Assembly: GCF_006345805.1 (NCBI RefSeq)
Contig: NW_021826266.1
Location: forward strand, 1 to 35,744
Length of the DNA stretch: 35,744 nucleotides
Direction of reading: 5' to 3'
Source: Octopus sinensis
Lineage: Eukaryota
The position numbers and the translations under genes are program-made. Under the pieces are notes generated by a model. That model was given only the letters and a program-made list of their open reading frames with translations, did no database searches and was not told the DNA's origin. Positions 34,397-35,744 of the stretch are shown piece by piece (the first letter of the stretch is position 1; every line of letters starts with the position of its first letter).

Positions 34397-35046
34397 TTCT
34401 TTTATTCTTTTACTTGTTTCACTCATCTGACTGCGGCCATGCTGGAGCACCGCCTTAAAGGATTTTAGTCGAAGAAATCGACCCCAAGACTTTTTCTTTG
34501 TAAGCTTAGTCTATCGGTCTATTTTGTCGAACTGCTAAGTTACGGGGACATAAACACACAAGCATCGGCTACACACGACGGGCTTCTTTCACATGGTTCC
34601 GAGTTCAGTCCCACTGTGTGGGCCAAATATCTTCTATTATTGCCTCGACCCGACCAAAGCCTTATGAGTGGATTTGGTAGGCGGAAACTGAAAGAAGCTG
34701 TCGTGTATGTGAATATATATATATGTGCTAGTATGTGTGTGCGTGCGCGCGCGCGCGCGCGTGTGTGTATGTTTCTCCCCCCCCCACACACACACACACA
34801 AACCCGCTTGGCAACCAGTGTTGGTGTGTTTACATCCCGGAAGGAAAAATACAAAACTTTTAAAAAGAAGTACTGGGATTCATTCAGCGACTTGAACAAG
34901 TAAAAGATATAGGATGGGATTCCAAACAGTTTCCAAAAAATTGACGGCCGGGAGATATAATGGAAGACACCCGCCTAATGTGCCGCGTGGAGGGACTGAG
35001 CCCGAGATCTCCTGCTCTTGAGGCGAGCTTCTAAACCACAAAGCTA
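34397..35046 (-). mobile_element. SINE family A host copy split by a sense A copy
   Basis: ..cgacgggcttctttc (ends 34590) resumes as agtttcc (~34928), then ggaagacac..gggactgagcccg. Confidence 0.7.
34591..34909 (+). mobile_element. SINE family A, 5'-truncated, nested
   Basis: acatggttccgagttcagtcccactg..gagtggatttggtaggcggaaactgaaagaag..gaacaagtaaaagata. Confidence 0.8.
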
Positions 35047-35114
35047 TATCAGTACCTAGAATTTCTGGCCCATCTATTTCGGTTGTAACGCATATGAAAG
35101 AGAGTGTGTGTGTA

Positions 35115-35153
<39 letters not shown>

Positions 35154-35409
35154 TGTAGTAATGTTTATGTGTTTGAAATTCGTTACGAAACAGAGTGAAG
35201 AAATTTATACAACTGTACGGAAGAATGCAGATGGAGAGGGTGGTGAGAGAGAGGGAGGGAGCAACCAGCATAAAATTTAGTGAAGCTGTCTAATATTTCC
35301 CCTTAAATTTGTTTCAGAGGAGTTGCGGAAAAGAAGGCTGAAATTAAGTATACTTACATATATCCCCTTAATCTCTTTGGCATTCTGCCCTCTTGAATCA
35401 CACACAGAC

Positions 35410-35590
<181 letters not shown>

Positions 35591-35744
35591 GGTAAAAAAT
35601 TAATGAGTGCGTGCGTTACATAAAGAATATTTTCAGGATTAATAAAAAGACAACAAACGGAAAATATGACATACAAAAGAATTATATATATAGGTATGTC
35701 ATATTTTCCGTTTGTTTGTCTTTTTATTTTATCCTGAATATATA

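Overview
AT-rich, repeat-saturated eukaryotic DNA with no recognisable intact gene. The SINE families and the extreme (TA)/(TACA)/(GATA)/(CA) microsatellite load resemble an octopus (cephalopod) genome; this is my inference from recalled repeat sequences, not a database result. Almost every ORF in the supplied track is a translation of simple repeats. Interpretable content: (1) four copies of a ~430-bp TIR element with 30-bp GG-starting TIRs, 8-bp TSDs (Merlin-like) and an internal TTAGGG tract, one copy flanked by an anomalous 40-bp duplication; (2) three tRNA-derived SINE families (A: ~20 copies or fragments with an internal microsatellite; B: ~12 copies with (ATT)n tails; C: 3 copies sharing a body but with different tails); (3) a mariner-derived MITE, a non-autonomous Helitron, two Tx1/L1-like LINE 3' ends sitting in GATA arrays, and a heavily decayed Ty3/gypsy-like relic; (4) several unexplained structures: a 32-bp perfect palindrome containing two TATCGATA motifs, a SINE-derived foldback, a higher-order compound microsatellite, and a few minus-strand splice-signal candidates that may mark this window as part of a long intron. 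All family assignments were made by eye and need alignment to confirm.
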